Origin: Monocercomonoides exilis PA203
Lineage: Eukaryota; Protista; Preaxostyla
Assembly: GCA_001643675.2 (NCBI GenBank)
Contig: LSRY02000011.1
Location: forward strand, 1,364,001 to 1,428,000
Length of the DNA: 64,000 nucleotides
Reading direction: 5' to 3'
Part shown: positions 12,301 through 22,294 of the stretch, in pieces
How the letters are laid out: the number at the start of each line of letters is the position of its first letter
How positions within the stretch are numbered: the stretch's first letter is position 1
Program-made: the position numbers and the translations under genes
The notes under the pieces: generated by a model
The model's input: the letters and a program-made list of their open reading frames with translations, nothing else
Told to the model about the DNA's origin: nothing
The model's database searches: none

Positions 12301-13535
12301 ACAATGACTTACTGAAAGTTCTCCGCTCTCCAGATTGTTCATGAAAATTGCTCCACCATTTGAAGTGCAATCAGTGTAATCACGCCCTGATCCAGTTGTT
12401 TTTGATCCGTTCCATTCGCACCAAATGAATGTATTTGCTCCATTATCCGTAATGTTCTGCCTCTCAGGCTTTAATGGAACCTCTGTAGTTCCAGTAATAT
12501 TCACATTTTTTGTCCGGCAACACCCAACAAACGAGGCGTTTGATACAATAATTGATGAAAGCGGTGAATTGATTGATCGGACAATTCCTCCATCATACGC
12601 ATCGCAAACTGAAGAAAACAAGCAGTTATTTATCGAAGTGGTGCTTTCCCAATGGAGCGTTGAAGGAAAGCTTCGAAGCGAGGGGAAAATAGAAACGTTG
12701 AAAAAGATCAGCCTCGAAACGGAAACACTCTCAACGAAAGGAGCGGACAAAAATGGTGAGGAGGATAATGTCATTGAAGAAAAATGAGAAGAGCAAATCG
12801 AAATCCTTCCAAATCGTGGCAAATACGTTTCAATTGGCTTTGGTGCAAAAAGAGGAGGAATTAGAGGGAATTGGGCTTTTGAAGTTTTGAGAGAGACATT
12901 CGCCAATGTTGCACAACTTCCCTTCAAGTCCAATGGCGAAGCCTCGCTTTCCACAATCATGCTGCACCCATCCATCGCAACGACACTCCCTTCCCAAGCG
13001 CAAATAAAAGCATTTTTATCACCAGAGGCCATCGCCATTCCTCTCCAAGTCACTGACGAATTCTTCAAAATTGCACATCCAACGATCTCGCTTCCTCCAA
13101 ATGTGATCCTTTTCCCGTCTGTTGTTAAAAACTCTGAGTTTGCATGGCCATCATATTTCTCCTTGAAACAATCGTCATTCTTCTCTTTTGCTCGCATTTC
13201 CTTGTTTTCCATAAAAATCTGGTTTTCCCCCTCAATTCCTTCGTTGCATGTGCTTCCATGCAGTTCATTTATCTGTACATTTTCTGTAAGTTGTTTCTTA
13301 TGGATTGCTCTATCGAGTGGCGAAACACATTCAAGTGCAGGAATTATTTCGTTTTCTTTTTCTCTTTCTTTCGGAGTTGCGTTATAAACTGTTGCATCAA
13401 TGCACATGCACCTCCGCTGCAATAACAACGCAAACGCAACAAATATCAAAATTATATTGCTTCTATTTCGCATGATATTTTGCTTTTTTAAAACTTTTCT
13501 GAATTCAATAATTATATTAAACATCATTTTGATCT
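3400..13535. repeat. Left arm of a ~10-kb inverted segmental duplication (partner ~35691-45700) covering the giant receptor gene and ~2 kb of 3' flank
   Basis: Near-identical reverse-complement sequence; ORF-track translations of 5048-5236(+) and 43986-44174(-) are identical. Homology ends at GATCAAA just upstream of the start codons. The outer boundary is approximate. Confidence 0.9.
5353..13527 (-). CDS. Giant type I membrane protein: signal peptide, Cys/Gly-rich parallel beta-helix-like (GGA/GGG repeat) ectodomain, single TM helix, degenerate kinase-like C-terminus
   Basis: 2724-aa intron-less ORF with hydrophobic N-terminus IILIFVAFALLL and repeated C...GG(A/G)I motifs. TM WPIIVIVLVMILLIVLIVSII is followed by RWRR. 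C-lobe motifs LRWKAPE, FSIGMMLWE, IPF, ERP are present, but HRD and DFG are not. Confidence 0.9.
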   Translation of the reverse strand: MMFNIIIEFRKVLKKQNIMRNRSNIILIFVAFALLLQRRCMCIDATVYNATPKEREKENEIIPALECVSPLDRAIHKKQLTENVQINELHGSTCNEGIEGENQIFMENKEMRAKEKNDDCFKEKYDGHANSEFLTTDGKRITFGGSEIVGCAILKNSSVTWRGMAMASGDKNAFICAWEGSVVAMDGCSMIVESEASPLDLKGSCATLANVSLKTSKAQFPLIPPLFAPKPIETYLPRFGRISICSSHFSSMTLSSSPFLSAPFVESVSVSRLIFFNVSIFPSLRSFPSTLHWESTTSINNCLFSSVCDAYDGGIVRSINSPLSSIIVSNASFVGCCRTKNVNITGTTEVPLKPERQNITDNGANTFIWCEWNGSKTTGSGRDYTDCTSNGGAIFMNNLESGELSVSHCSFNDCYAHYAGGGILCRSIESIEIINNTFNSCIAQSWAGGGMCIRSISSCARVSGCDFQNCKAVNYGGGLHIENFQVSGTGCIGSENGEGESACIFDCGFASCSLSDTYGAAMCIYDFLVQVKIRSIQFVSCSAVREGALYFRPEKAGKPNDGFFCYFLFFHECRCLNNLPYGHDLMFVDIFNDYLNSGIPLKECYTTNTNIQRVGYAYNYAYSNTWSYQHTEKSEWLKNGILYRLVTADGGSTNELCGINESNACKSIGVAVSQNAIQTSLFVSLMEGNHGNEQETISVGNKMNVVGKGKEASVIGTNSLSLSSTALFSVTSGRLKVLHVGIDHNATRSSSPSVFVMSGDSGELSLEDVVIFSSAAEGGSAISASVFVVALRQLKMSDVEIKNMEVAQPLFSELFMEGSASGESVLSNVTVRNVNRTGGNGVVMAKSVQEGETFVVQNISIENCLCEEGSGGGICVCLAGDGEVVVNGACAIDGCEAVNVEGKGGRGGGLFVEMESEGCGLTIGQNVEFSKVKENVASYGKDVFVSCSSGILLESKVNTNTFEFFDSTSTPSDVLRLSGSEDGKEDEVIPLFVYLCSIGSKLIVDGSEEGSLNHGYCGFEKFGCLTIDYCANNRVDSSIHEIEVVSSSSIKGEMQVTSFEVSISGKATSAKEEGMRVEVSDEGEKNRNYLIECTRPFEMNRLLFALNEEMNGRRSVFIHSSSSTITITSCSVSFTDNLLIDGMIEFNVINIDGGTLIVNGFVMEGPVTMNGKSPITMTNGMELEILNSRVSEVEVTCGNGGGCLNFEIKEGGSTKIEECNLSSVCSGGNGIKGGGIMISVGNGGSLEMKNVKFDGCEVPSIDKEEGGRGIGGGMFVRFAEEMGSTVLEGMIFEGCNAWKGKKMFISGWDLSEIVNKEKFKWEMSSEELGSLDELCGWERKTTGEERYVIPLVVYLWRNWSRNGFVSKEKGGDFSGCGYSEAPCSSIDHLVSLRYATLETEESKIIVSGSGLLRSSISFSSSSSSSSNTPVVKVEGEEKGRILRVSEMDAEGDEESMIASDIHLSFENLSFNLPSELGKHSSLIHSGSSPSSSATLSIMSCLFVCEDQLRETKYCVLKACRGCIVIEECVLSQFTLEKGFLEFTPEVEVIDVVNTTLTNTSISGRSLISLEEETQSNRLSERGIRNTKTMIRMNNSTFTNITSEENRVCVVCVDSFSVGVECVMEGCVLTKCTSMRSEEGGGVKMCLKSGESDLKVSGCSFVMCECSTGFGRGGGMMIDALDPNVEANPKTAPPLRLKMENIRFVMNEAFVGKDVFINCFSIAEQVNETLFVLDFNQDALKSNNSICGRDDVDKVDVDLIPLITFYYSAQVFLSVYGNDNRQCGAQSNPCRSVSCSVKHIEKNLMNVLWIDGECVIGGECEIGDVRMNSMMRTPATIQFNKEIEEIGNERSVAVFVNECIVEKCRFVFGEMFEGNQESILKEKNGRLEISVCIFSSLAMDLVMKNTIVSVESGELKMSETSFSGIRSTVSLLSFCSEGRVEMFEISISNIECEGDSIVVGGKAEVEMKEITANNISLMKGGSAMKIEGAEEDVSVLNCSFEKCTNSKEKGNMIQIREGRAVRIEACAFDGEGNGEWKRKRNGKMNRKEICGWNGSLITGENSNVEMRETTIKNSRNGGIWISGGSLNIEKGEFENNNPSIEGYPSLRRNVICTGNGELNVVSVKGGDGWERNTSLWMLNEGCSFEGIVSERDSSFFIPVLESVEAIEETERMKLKFKGFLLIPCNLSFSAVKRKGEEKEIEHYDFDSNGFLSEREVEGSVAKDLISSCGDEIEVSVHVLFGRSESPSSTNSIILKNKSEIEQKGDERIAEGGKKEKTFWPIIVIVLVMILLIVLIVSIIVTVRWRRAKNENKDLRELMNDSVKKDPKLIEMVTMEMSPEEQWRRAEREAEKKNEENMKKRAYDKTLGHSESSEHLLSESGSTEYILGKDSDKIPEWMLEKVDEEEETRKRTPSPSVTSTSTTDSDSTFVRGEDLCPTTSSMSNLVDAMACSSPHEKLIVDLRDSLFMLLHGRNEKKEMAIGSLQEREVTAAQVLFWVANGAIHSFDEMENPLQSLSSLSPHIVLFSEHMVICIVMHSDLLSDDDSDSSSISSSTVITSASDDGDDESDSLPSSAFEEEDSFKKECLRWKAPELQMNKKMEATKESVAFSIGMMLWECLSLKIPFGEYDAEIAGQKISNGERPSLECVSESRLHNLVLSCLSQKVESRPTLLDVKKELFGMYGKGGWVMTMTDAMDVVPVRINNGSGRMEGSEVSKEILLVEEKKE

Positions 13536-14381
13536 TTTTCTATTTTTTTTTGTGAAATGTTTCTGGTGATATCTTTTTAGAAAAAAATGATATAAATACA
13601 ATTGTTCACAATCATTGTCTTTTTCAAATTTTAAGAATTTTGAAGTTCTTTTGTTAAAAAAAAAACACTTTATTACTTAAATTGCATCTTTTCTGCTCAT
13701 GGACGTGCAAAGTGTGGGGATTGTTGAATTAAAATTTTAACAAAAATGCGTTATGAAAAGGAATAAATATATTCTGCTGAGTATCTTTCTTTTCATATTA
13801 TTATTCCATTTTATATTTGAAGAAAGAAATTCGATAACGTTGAATAGTTGTTCAAGCATAAATTTCGTTCTGAAGCTTTTTTGATGTTTCATGTTAAAAA
13901 TGTTCGAAATAATATTTAATTAAATTAAGGAAGTTTTTGATGAATGTGAATGACTCAATTTACAAAATTTTTTCTCCTTTGGAAATAAATGTGAAACCCA
14001 AGAAATTGCGGATTATTTATGATGAGTGTTCAAATTTTTCAATCAGTCAAGGATCCTCACAAAACATTTTTGAATTTTATCTTCAGGTGTTTTCAATGAC
14101 CATGAAAAGCATTTAATGCGTTGTCATCTCATTAAAAAGAAAGGCAAATGTTTTTTGAAAACAAATTTTACAAAACAAATTGATTGATAAATAATATTGT
14201 TTATTTTGAAAATTCAATCACATATTTTTAAATGCTTTCATTTGAAAGATTATTTCTAGTCAAACCCATTACAATATATATATATGCTGGAGAGTGTTAT
14301 CTGTTCAAAAAAGTCTTATTTCAAAAAAGAGTCCGCATATAATTTTCAAGGCGGATATACTGTAAAATAGGAAGAAATTAG

Positions 14382-16934
14382 ATGAGAAGTTTGTTTGAAT
14401 ATGGAAGTGATTGCTCGATTTTTTCTGAAATGCAACTTTCTGCTTCTTTTGACCGTATGGCAAATGGAAAAACTGTTCAATGGAGCGGAACTGTAATAAA
14501 AATTCTTTTGGACGGATATGTTCTTTTATTGGAGGATTCACAAAATCATCTAATACCAAATCAAGTCTATTTTAAAGTTGACAAAAATGTGGCTGGGAGA
14601 TGGTATGAATCGTTTACGATGGGATTATTAACGTATTTCCAAGGTACTGTGAGGGCATTGAGCCCATCAATCATTGTCGAAGCTATTCCATTTGATTCCA
14701 ACAGAAAGCTTGATATTGTGGATTCTTTTCCTTCGTTTTGTGAACGTTTTATAAAATTAACAAAATCGAACGTTATCAATACATTTGAGAATAATTGGAG
14801 AGGTGAAAAATTAAAACTTATTGGGACCATTTCAGCTGTTGTTGAAAATCACTCTTTTTGCACGAAAGACTTAATTTTGCAATTCAAACTTCATCCTGTA
14901 GAGATGTCAAGTTTGCCACACGCTATAGCACACCATAGAAAATCATATTTCTTGATTTTCCTTTTCAAAAATTTTCCTTTCCCTTTTCTTCTTTTGTCTT
15001 TGTTTCATTTTGAAACTTTTTTTTAGACTCCCTTCGTTTTTTTCCTGAGCCTGTGATGATAATTATTCCGCATGATTCAAAGGCAGAGCAATATTTCTAT
15101 GCGCTGTTGCAAAAGAATGAATGTATGGGTTCTTTGATATGCATAAGAAAGAATTTGATATTATTTTCATATTTATTTATTAATAATCACTTTTTTATTC
15201 ATTTCTTCTTCTTCTTAATAATTTATTGATTATCTAAGCAACCGAAACTGTTGTAGAGATTACGGCTACTTGCTTGAATTGCGAGCCTCAGCATCAATTT
15301 TTGGTGTCTGACGCTATGCTCCTTCAGATACCATTTTCTTCTGGGCATTCTCTGTTGAATAGCTGCATTCCTCCTCCATCTCTTTCATCTCTTCCACATT
15401 CTTCTTCCTCTTCCTCTTCCTCTTCCTCTTCCTCTTCCTCTTCCTATCCCTCTCCCTCTCCCTCTCCCTCTCCCTCTCCCTCTCCCTCTCCCTCTCCCTC
15501 TCCCTCTCCCTCTCCCTCTCCCTCTCCCTCTCCCTCTCCCTCTCCCTCTCCCTCTCCCTCTCCCTCTCCCTCTCCCTCTCCCTCTCCCTCTCCCTCTCCC
15601 TCTCCCTCTCCCTCTCCCTCTCCCTCTCCCTCTCCCTCTCCCTCTCCCTCTCCCTCTTCCTCTTCCTCTTCCTCTCCTTCTTCTTCCCCTTCTTCCACTT
15701 CTCGAATTTCCTCTCTATCGCACAGCCGCTCTACCATCGACACATTGCCACCTCCTCCTCTGCCATCATCAGCATGGTCGTTGCATTTTCGCTCTTCTAC
15801 TCCAACTGCTTCTTCTTCCTCATCTTCCAACAGAGAATCTTCAGATGAAGGTGAAAATAACGTCATTGACAAAAAGAAGAAAGAAAAATTGAGTTGGATG
15901 CAATTATTGAAAACAAAATTGAAAGAGAGGAAGGAGAAATCAAAACTGAGTGAACAAATTGTGGGGCAGATGGGGCTTGAAGAAGAAGATACACATTTGC
16001 CTTTGACATCTTCTTCTTCCCTTTCCTCTTCATCCTCTTCATCATCATCATCATCATCTTCTTCTTCTTCTTCTTCTTCTTCTTCTTCTTCTTCTTCTTC
16101 TTCTTCTTCTTCTTCTTCTTCTTCTTCTTCTTCTTCTTCTTCTTCTTCTTCACATTCTTCTTCTTCTTCTTCTTCCTCTTCTTCCTCTTCTTCCTCTTCC
16201 TCTTCATTAATTCCTTCCTCTTCAAAACAGCCTTCTTCTTCTTCTTCTCCCATTTCCCTCATTCAACAACCCAAAAAGCATGTTCCATCAATTTTTTCTG
16301 ATTCATCAACGAAACGAAACGAAACAATGAAATTTTCAGAAGACAAAAAAGATGACGTGCCAGTTGAGAGGATAAAAAGACCAAAAAGTGCAGATCTGTT
16401 CAAAAGAGAAATAAGAAACGGATTTGTATGCCCTTTAATTTGTCAGGTTTGTATGACAGAAAATGTGCATATGATTATATTTCAGTGGAAATCAACAGAA
16501 TGAATGGATTGAAAAGTTATTATTATTTTGTGCTTATTACTTCAAATTATGTGCTTTTCTTTATTAATTGCATTGTCTATCAGAAATTTTGCGTTTTTTG
16601 TTTAATTTTTTATGTTTATCCCACTGGTTAATTTTTTGCAGTTTTCAAATTTATTTGTTTACAATCTTTGCATTTCTTTTTACTATTTTATTTTTGTTAA
16701 TCAAAATATTTTCTTTTCTTTTTTATCTTTTCTTTTTTCTTTTTTCTTTTTAATTTTCTCTTCTCAAATAAGCTTATGTGTGAGCCTTGTGTAGCCCCAG
16801 ATGGGTGTCTGTATGAAAGATTAGCCATCGAAAGCTTTGTGGAAGAATTTCACATGTCTCCCTCGACATTCGAGCCAATGGACAAGTCATTTGTGAACGA
16901 TGCACTGGTGAAGGAGAAGATATTCAGTATGTGA
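14382..16934 (+). CDS. Multi-exon U-box domain protein (putative E3 ligase) with (SP)n and poly-Ser tracts; 5' exon structure uncertain
   Basis: Splicing CAG|GTTTGT (after 16446) to AG|CTT (16773) joins FVCPLICQ to LMCEPCVAPDGCLYERLAIESF..MSPSTFEPM, the U-box pattern. Stop TGA at 16932-16934. Upstream exon ORFs are 14382-15026 and 15274-16446. Confidence 0.75.
15448..15657 (+). repeat. Perfect (CCCTCT)35 microsatellite encoding Pro-Ser repeats
   Basis: Directly visible tandem hexamer. Confidence 0.95.
16010..16250 (+). repeat. (TCT/TCA/TCC)n trinucleotide tract encoding poly-Ser
   Basis: Directly visible. Confidence 0.9.
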
Positions 16935-17364
16935 ATATGAATACAATAGATGAGGAGGGAGTAATTCTAGATTTAATAGGGGAAATGACATGTATTGTTA
17001 TGAATTTCTCTTTGAATTGAATTTCATTATGTTATCTTGATGAAACATGATTGATTTGAAATTTTAATAATAATTTTTTATTGTCCTTTAACCTCTGCAA
17101 CTTCTAATGAATATTTATTTGAATGTTATCAAATATTTTTTTTTCTGGATATTTTTCAGTCTATACATCTGAATTTCCACATAGACGTTCAAATTACAGC
17201 GATTACTACAGTCAGAGAGACACAGACAAATGTTTGCAGTTCATTTTTGATAAAGATATATTTTATTTCTGTGATTGTTATTTTTCTTTTAATATATCCA
17301 TTATCTTTTATTATTATAATTTTTCAAATATGCTCATAAATGCATTCTTGATGAATAATAATGA

Positions 17365-19793
17365 ATGCAAAACTTGACAAAACATTGCATCACTTCAGCT
17401 GCACAGCAGATGAAGAAATACATTTCCATCCACCCAGATGAATTTTTCCCCCACCTTTTCATCCAAAAATACGTCAAAACGCAATTCAAAGAGCTTACAG
17501 AACGCAAACCTGGCTGGAATGTGTACATTCCGAAAAAAGTGTTGAATTTGGTCCCACCAAAAAGACAATATGAATCATACGACGATGGCACAGATACAAG
17601 GCAGCCAAAGGGAGACTACCCAAAAATACCTCCTCTTTCTCGTTTTGGACAGCTGGAGAAAGGAAGGCTGCCTGAAAATGTGGTTCTGTCCAATAGAAAA
17701 CAGAGTGTGGACTTGCTGTTTCCGCTGAAGGGCAAGTTTGTGGTTGTGAAGGAGCATGGGAGACAGCCATGGAGTGTGACAATCAATGGAGAAAACAGAA
17801 GAGTTGGGGCTGATAAAACAGGTTTGGATACATCGAGGGCGGAAGATGAAGACTTTTTTTTAAGTTTTATTTTAAATAATATAAGCTAAATGTAAATTTT
17901 TACACACACATATATGTTTCCCTTTCATTGCTTATTACCTTTCCTTTTCCTTTCTTAATTCTTCCACAGACCCATCTTCTTCCTTCCACAAGATGCAACT
18001 CATTGCAGATGAGTCACGTATGCCCATGTTGTATTACGTGTTCCATTTGTGGAGAGACCCTCTTCCATATGAGTTGTGCAGTCTTCCTTTGCATCTTTTT
18101 TACAATGTGGTTTGATTTTGATGAATAAATGTGATTTTTTTATCATTTATTAATTTATTAATTTTGTTTCCTTTCCTTTCCTTTCTTTCTTTTCCAACTT
18201 TCTTTCTTATTTTTATAAACACTTTCAATTTTATCTCATTCTATATCCAACCAACCTCTTTTCTGTTATCATTCTTCCTCATTTCATCAACAATATCTTC
18301 TTCTCCACTTTCTTCTCTCAATCTCTCTCTCTCTCTCTCCACAGAAAAGCGAAGCCTTCCTTTTCCAAGACCTGAACTGCCGCTTTATTCCATTCTGGTC
18401 GCTTTCCAATGCACAGCGCTGGTTCCGTGCGGAGTTTGCGAATGCGACCGGATTCCGCTTTCCAGTCAACAGCGGCGATGCTCTTTTGGGGGAAGAAGGA
18501 GAAGAAGGAGACGAAGATTTCTGCAGCTGCATTTCAGGATTCAGTGAAAGTGACGAAGAAGGAGGAGAAGATGAAAGAGAAGGTAAAAGAGGGTATGATG
18601 ATGAAGATGAATCAGAAGACATTGACTGGGACGAAGCATACGGGATGGAAATGTTTGTGGTGGCCAAAGAGGAAGAAAGAAAGAGAGAAAGAAAGAAAGA
18701 GCAGAGAGAAGGAGACAACTGGTGGTGCTTTGAGTTTGCATTTGATATGAGAGTGCAGCAGTTCCTGAATGATGTGGTGGCAATGAAGCCAATCACAGAC
18801 ACAGAATTAGCAATACATTTTGATGCAGCAGAGTCAAAGGATGCTTTTTATAGGAAAGAAGGGAGAAAGGCAAAAGCTCTGACACCGTCGCGAATAAGAG
18901 CTGGGTCGAATGTGCTGTCGCTTATCAGAAAACTGCTGGGGACGCAGCGAAAATTGTGGGCGGTGCCTCATTTGTGCTGGAAATTCAACCAGATTTTGGG
19001 GAATGAATACCTCCAGATGGAAGCGCTGACAAAAGAGAATGCGAACCGGCTCATTCCAGACATCACATACAAACTGGTGAACTTGACAATCAACATGGTT
19101 CCTCCTTCAATTGACAGGTTGTTCGTGTGGAACGAAGCTATTCGCACGCAGCTCATCTTCCACGCCTTCAACACACAGCTGGAAGTGCTCAAGAAACATG
19201 ACGATATGTTTGTGCTTATTCAGAACAACATCAACTCCACAAAGAGGCTCACAAACTACCCAAACGCACAAGTGGCTGCTGTCTTCCGCTGCAACCGCCC
19301 CGACGATGAATACCGTTTTGCACCGTGTTCACATCTGCAGAACAGGATGTATCTGTGGCACGGCTCGCCAAATGCGTCGTGGCTGTCTATATTGTCTCAG
19401 GGGCTGCAGCCACCAGGAGATCACAGTGTGACATCGAGGGGAGAGGCAGATAAGCAGAACTATGGTGTGTTCTTTGCAGACATGTATGCGAAGGCGTTGA
19501 AGTACACAATGAAGACAGGGGTGCCTCCTTCGCAGACAGTAACATTGGCTCTGTGTGAGGTGGCACTGGGCGATGAGTATAAGTACGGGACTACTGCACA
19601 GACGAAACGGTACTATCACCACAGAGTGTTTGGCACAATGATACCTGACAAAACGAAGTTTGTGAGGCTGGAAAGAGGGCTGGTTATGCCAATGGATCCA
19701 GAAAATGAAGAGGCAGAGAAGGTGTATAACGAGTATATTGTGCATAAACCGGAGCAGATTATTATCAGATATCTTGTACGTGTTCATTTGTGA
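17365..19793 (+). CDS. PARP-family ADP-ribosyltransferase with WGR-like domain; ~3 exons (17365-17821, 17970-~18070, ~18345-19793)
   Basis: Catalytic motifs LWHGS..W.SIL.QGL, YGVFFAD..KAL.Y, LALCEVALG, YNEYIV...QI.IRYLV. Exon 2 reads SFHKMQLIADE..YYVFHLWR and exon 3 starts AQRWFRAEFANATG, both WGR-like. Intron 17822-17969 is GT-AG; the second intron's junctions are uncertain. Confidence 0.85.
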
Positions 19794-20304
19794 TTGTAAT
19801 TTTTTTTTAAAAAAAATTTTAATGAACAAATTAAATAGACAACTTTTTAATTAAATAATTATTGGGTAATTTATAAGCCCGAATTTCTTTCAAATGCATG
19901 AGCAATATGTTTATGAAATGCGTGTTGATTTAAAAAAAATTTTTTTAAACATTATTATTGTGAATATTTTCTATTAGCTCATTTTTCACTATTTTTCAAG
20001 ATTGTTTATCTCTTTTGTTTTATTTAACTTTTTTTTTCTTTTTTCCAAGTGGAAAACTGGTGATGGAAGTGATGAAAATATTCATTCACATCTCCCAGGG
20101 TTAATAAAAATGGTTTTTAAAATCAAAATTAAAGAAATGCCCATTATAAAATAAATTTTGCTTAATACAATAATTATTTTTTTGGGTACGAAAAATGTGT
20201 CTATTACAACTTTTCAATTCTTAAAATTTTGTGCTCCAGCTTGAAAGGGAAAAAAAGAAAGAAATATTTGTTTTTTATTGAAAAAGGAAAAAAAGAAAGG
20301 AAAA

Positions 20305-20387
20305 TGCAAGGAGTGGGATTCGAACCCACGCATCCGAAGATACTAGTACCTTAAACTAGCGCCTTAGACCGACTCGGCCATCCTTGC
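20305..20387 (-). tRNA. tRNA-Leu (AAG), identical to the 2752-2834 copy
   Basis: Same 83-nt sequence, with homologous flanks on both sides. Confidence 0.95.
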
Positions 20388-20391
20388 TCAG

Positions 20392-20787
20392 CTCAAAAAG
20401 TTTTTTCTGCTCTCAATGTCTTTTGTGTTACTTTTTCAAAAACAAACCATATGAAAAAATCTTAAATAAAAAATCACATTTAAAATTCATTTAATGACAC
20501 ACTGTTGTGGAACTAAAAAAACAGAATTTTTCATTTTTATTTTTTTCTTTTATCTCTTTTATCACATGACGGATTTTATTTGTTTTTATAAAGCAATGAG
20601 GTTTTATTTTAATGATAACGTTCAAGTTTTATGTGAGTTCTATTCACCAATTACATCAATAATTATTATGAATCGAAAATCTTTCATTCAAAGTTGAAAG
20701 GTGAAACAATTTCAAAACTTCAAAAAATCCACAAAAATCAAAGAAAGCTAAAAATAATATTTGTTGTTGAAATTTTAACGATATTTG
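20392..20787. repeat. tRNA-Leu 5' flank, present as a near-perfect inverted copy at 46230-46625 and as a more diverged copy at ~2835-3130
   Basis: ORF translations of 20494-20697(+) and 46320-46523(-) are identical; paired coordinates sum to a constant 67017. Confidence 0.9.
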
Positions 20788-20834
20788 AAAATTTAACCAT
20801 TTTACATCTCATTTCTGTTTATATTTTGATTTCT

Positions 20835-20837
<3 letters not shown>

Positions 20838-20870
<33 letters not shown>

Positions 20871-20930
20871 TTTTATTTTTATTTTTATTTTTATTTTTAT
20901 TTTTTATTTTTATTTTATTTTATTTTATTT
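20838..20930 (+). repeat. Poly-T followed by (TTTTTA)n/(TTTTA)n simple repeat
   Basis: Directly visible. Confidence 0.9.
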
Positions 20931-22294
20931 TGATATGTTTCAAATTTTGTATTTGAGACAAATTCTGATTTTATTTTTATTTCATCTCAATTAAAAGCAC
21001 TCAATTTCTCAAAAAATAATTAAAAAAAAGTTTTTCTTTTTTTAAAATTTTATGACGAATGATAAATACAGCAAACTGTCTCTTCTAACGAATTTTTTAA
21101 TACACAATTTATTATTCAAAAATGGAAAACTAATTGTTGTGAATCAAAAAAATTGAGTATTATTTTTTTTTTTAATTTTTATGTGTTATGCCTTCCATTG
21201 ATTGAGTGTCGGAAAGTGATCAAAATATTTTTATTTTTTTCATATTCGTAAAAAGAATGAGAAATTGGATCCCGATTTTTTTGTTTGTCAATTAACATAA
21301 TAATATTCGCTTTTTCTAAATAAATCAATAATCATGAAATCGGATAACTAGTAAGAAATGATTACAGCGACTTTGGAATTGAAAACTTTTTAATGGAAAA
21401 CAAAAGTAAATTTATAATTCTATTTCAATGAAAAATGTATTTATTTTACGAAAAAGGAGAGATAAACAAATTATAAAAATCTCAGAAACGATAAAAATTT
21501 AACGGAGCAAACCCTTAATAAATATTTCAGATTTATTTATTTTTAAATGCATTTCAAAACAGACGAAAAAAGACATTTATCGGAGCTTAACGAATTATTT
21601 CAAGATGAGTTGATTCTTGCGATAGTACATTATTAAATAATATGATGTGTTTGCAAATGTATGATGAAACGTTCTTGTTATTTCAATGATAAAGAATATC
21701 TTTCATTTGCAATATGTTTTCGCTGAAAAAAACAGGAGATAAATAATATTTAACCAAAGTTACAAGATATTTATGAATGAAATTGTCTATTATCGAGTAT
21801 TCATTCTGAAAGAAAGAAAGAAAAGTGATCAAAATATCATTCACAATCGCAATGCGCATTCATTTGTTTTTATTATTATTTCTATTGTTTTTATTTTTTG
21901 TTTATAGAATGAATATGTGAGAATCTTGAAAATAATCGATATTCTATAAAAATTTCGGAAAAGAAAATCAGAGTTTTTTCAAACAAGTTCTAGGGAAAAA
22001 TGTGATTAGTGCTTTGTAAATGTGCGTGAATAAAGAAAATGAGTCAGTTGAAGATTTCAACAAATAATTATTTGATTAATTATGCTTTTCGAAATATTTT
22101 TCTGTTGTTTTGTTAACTTCATTGTTTTAGAGTCATATTTTAAATTTTAATTCAAGTGTTGCTTTTTTTTAAAAGAAAGAATAAGTTTTATTATAATATG
22201 AATGAATTCAACACAGGATTATCAATTGTGAAAAATGCGAAGTTTTTGATAAATGCAGATCGAAAAATATTAAGAAGAAAAGATATTCAAATTT

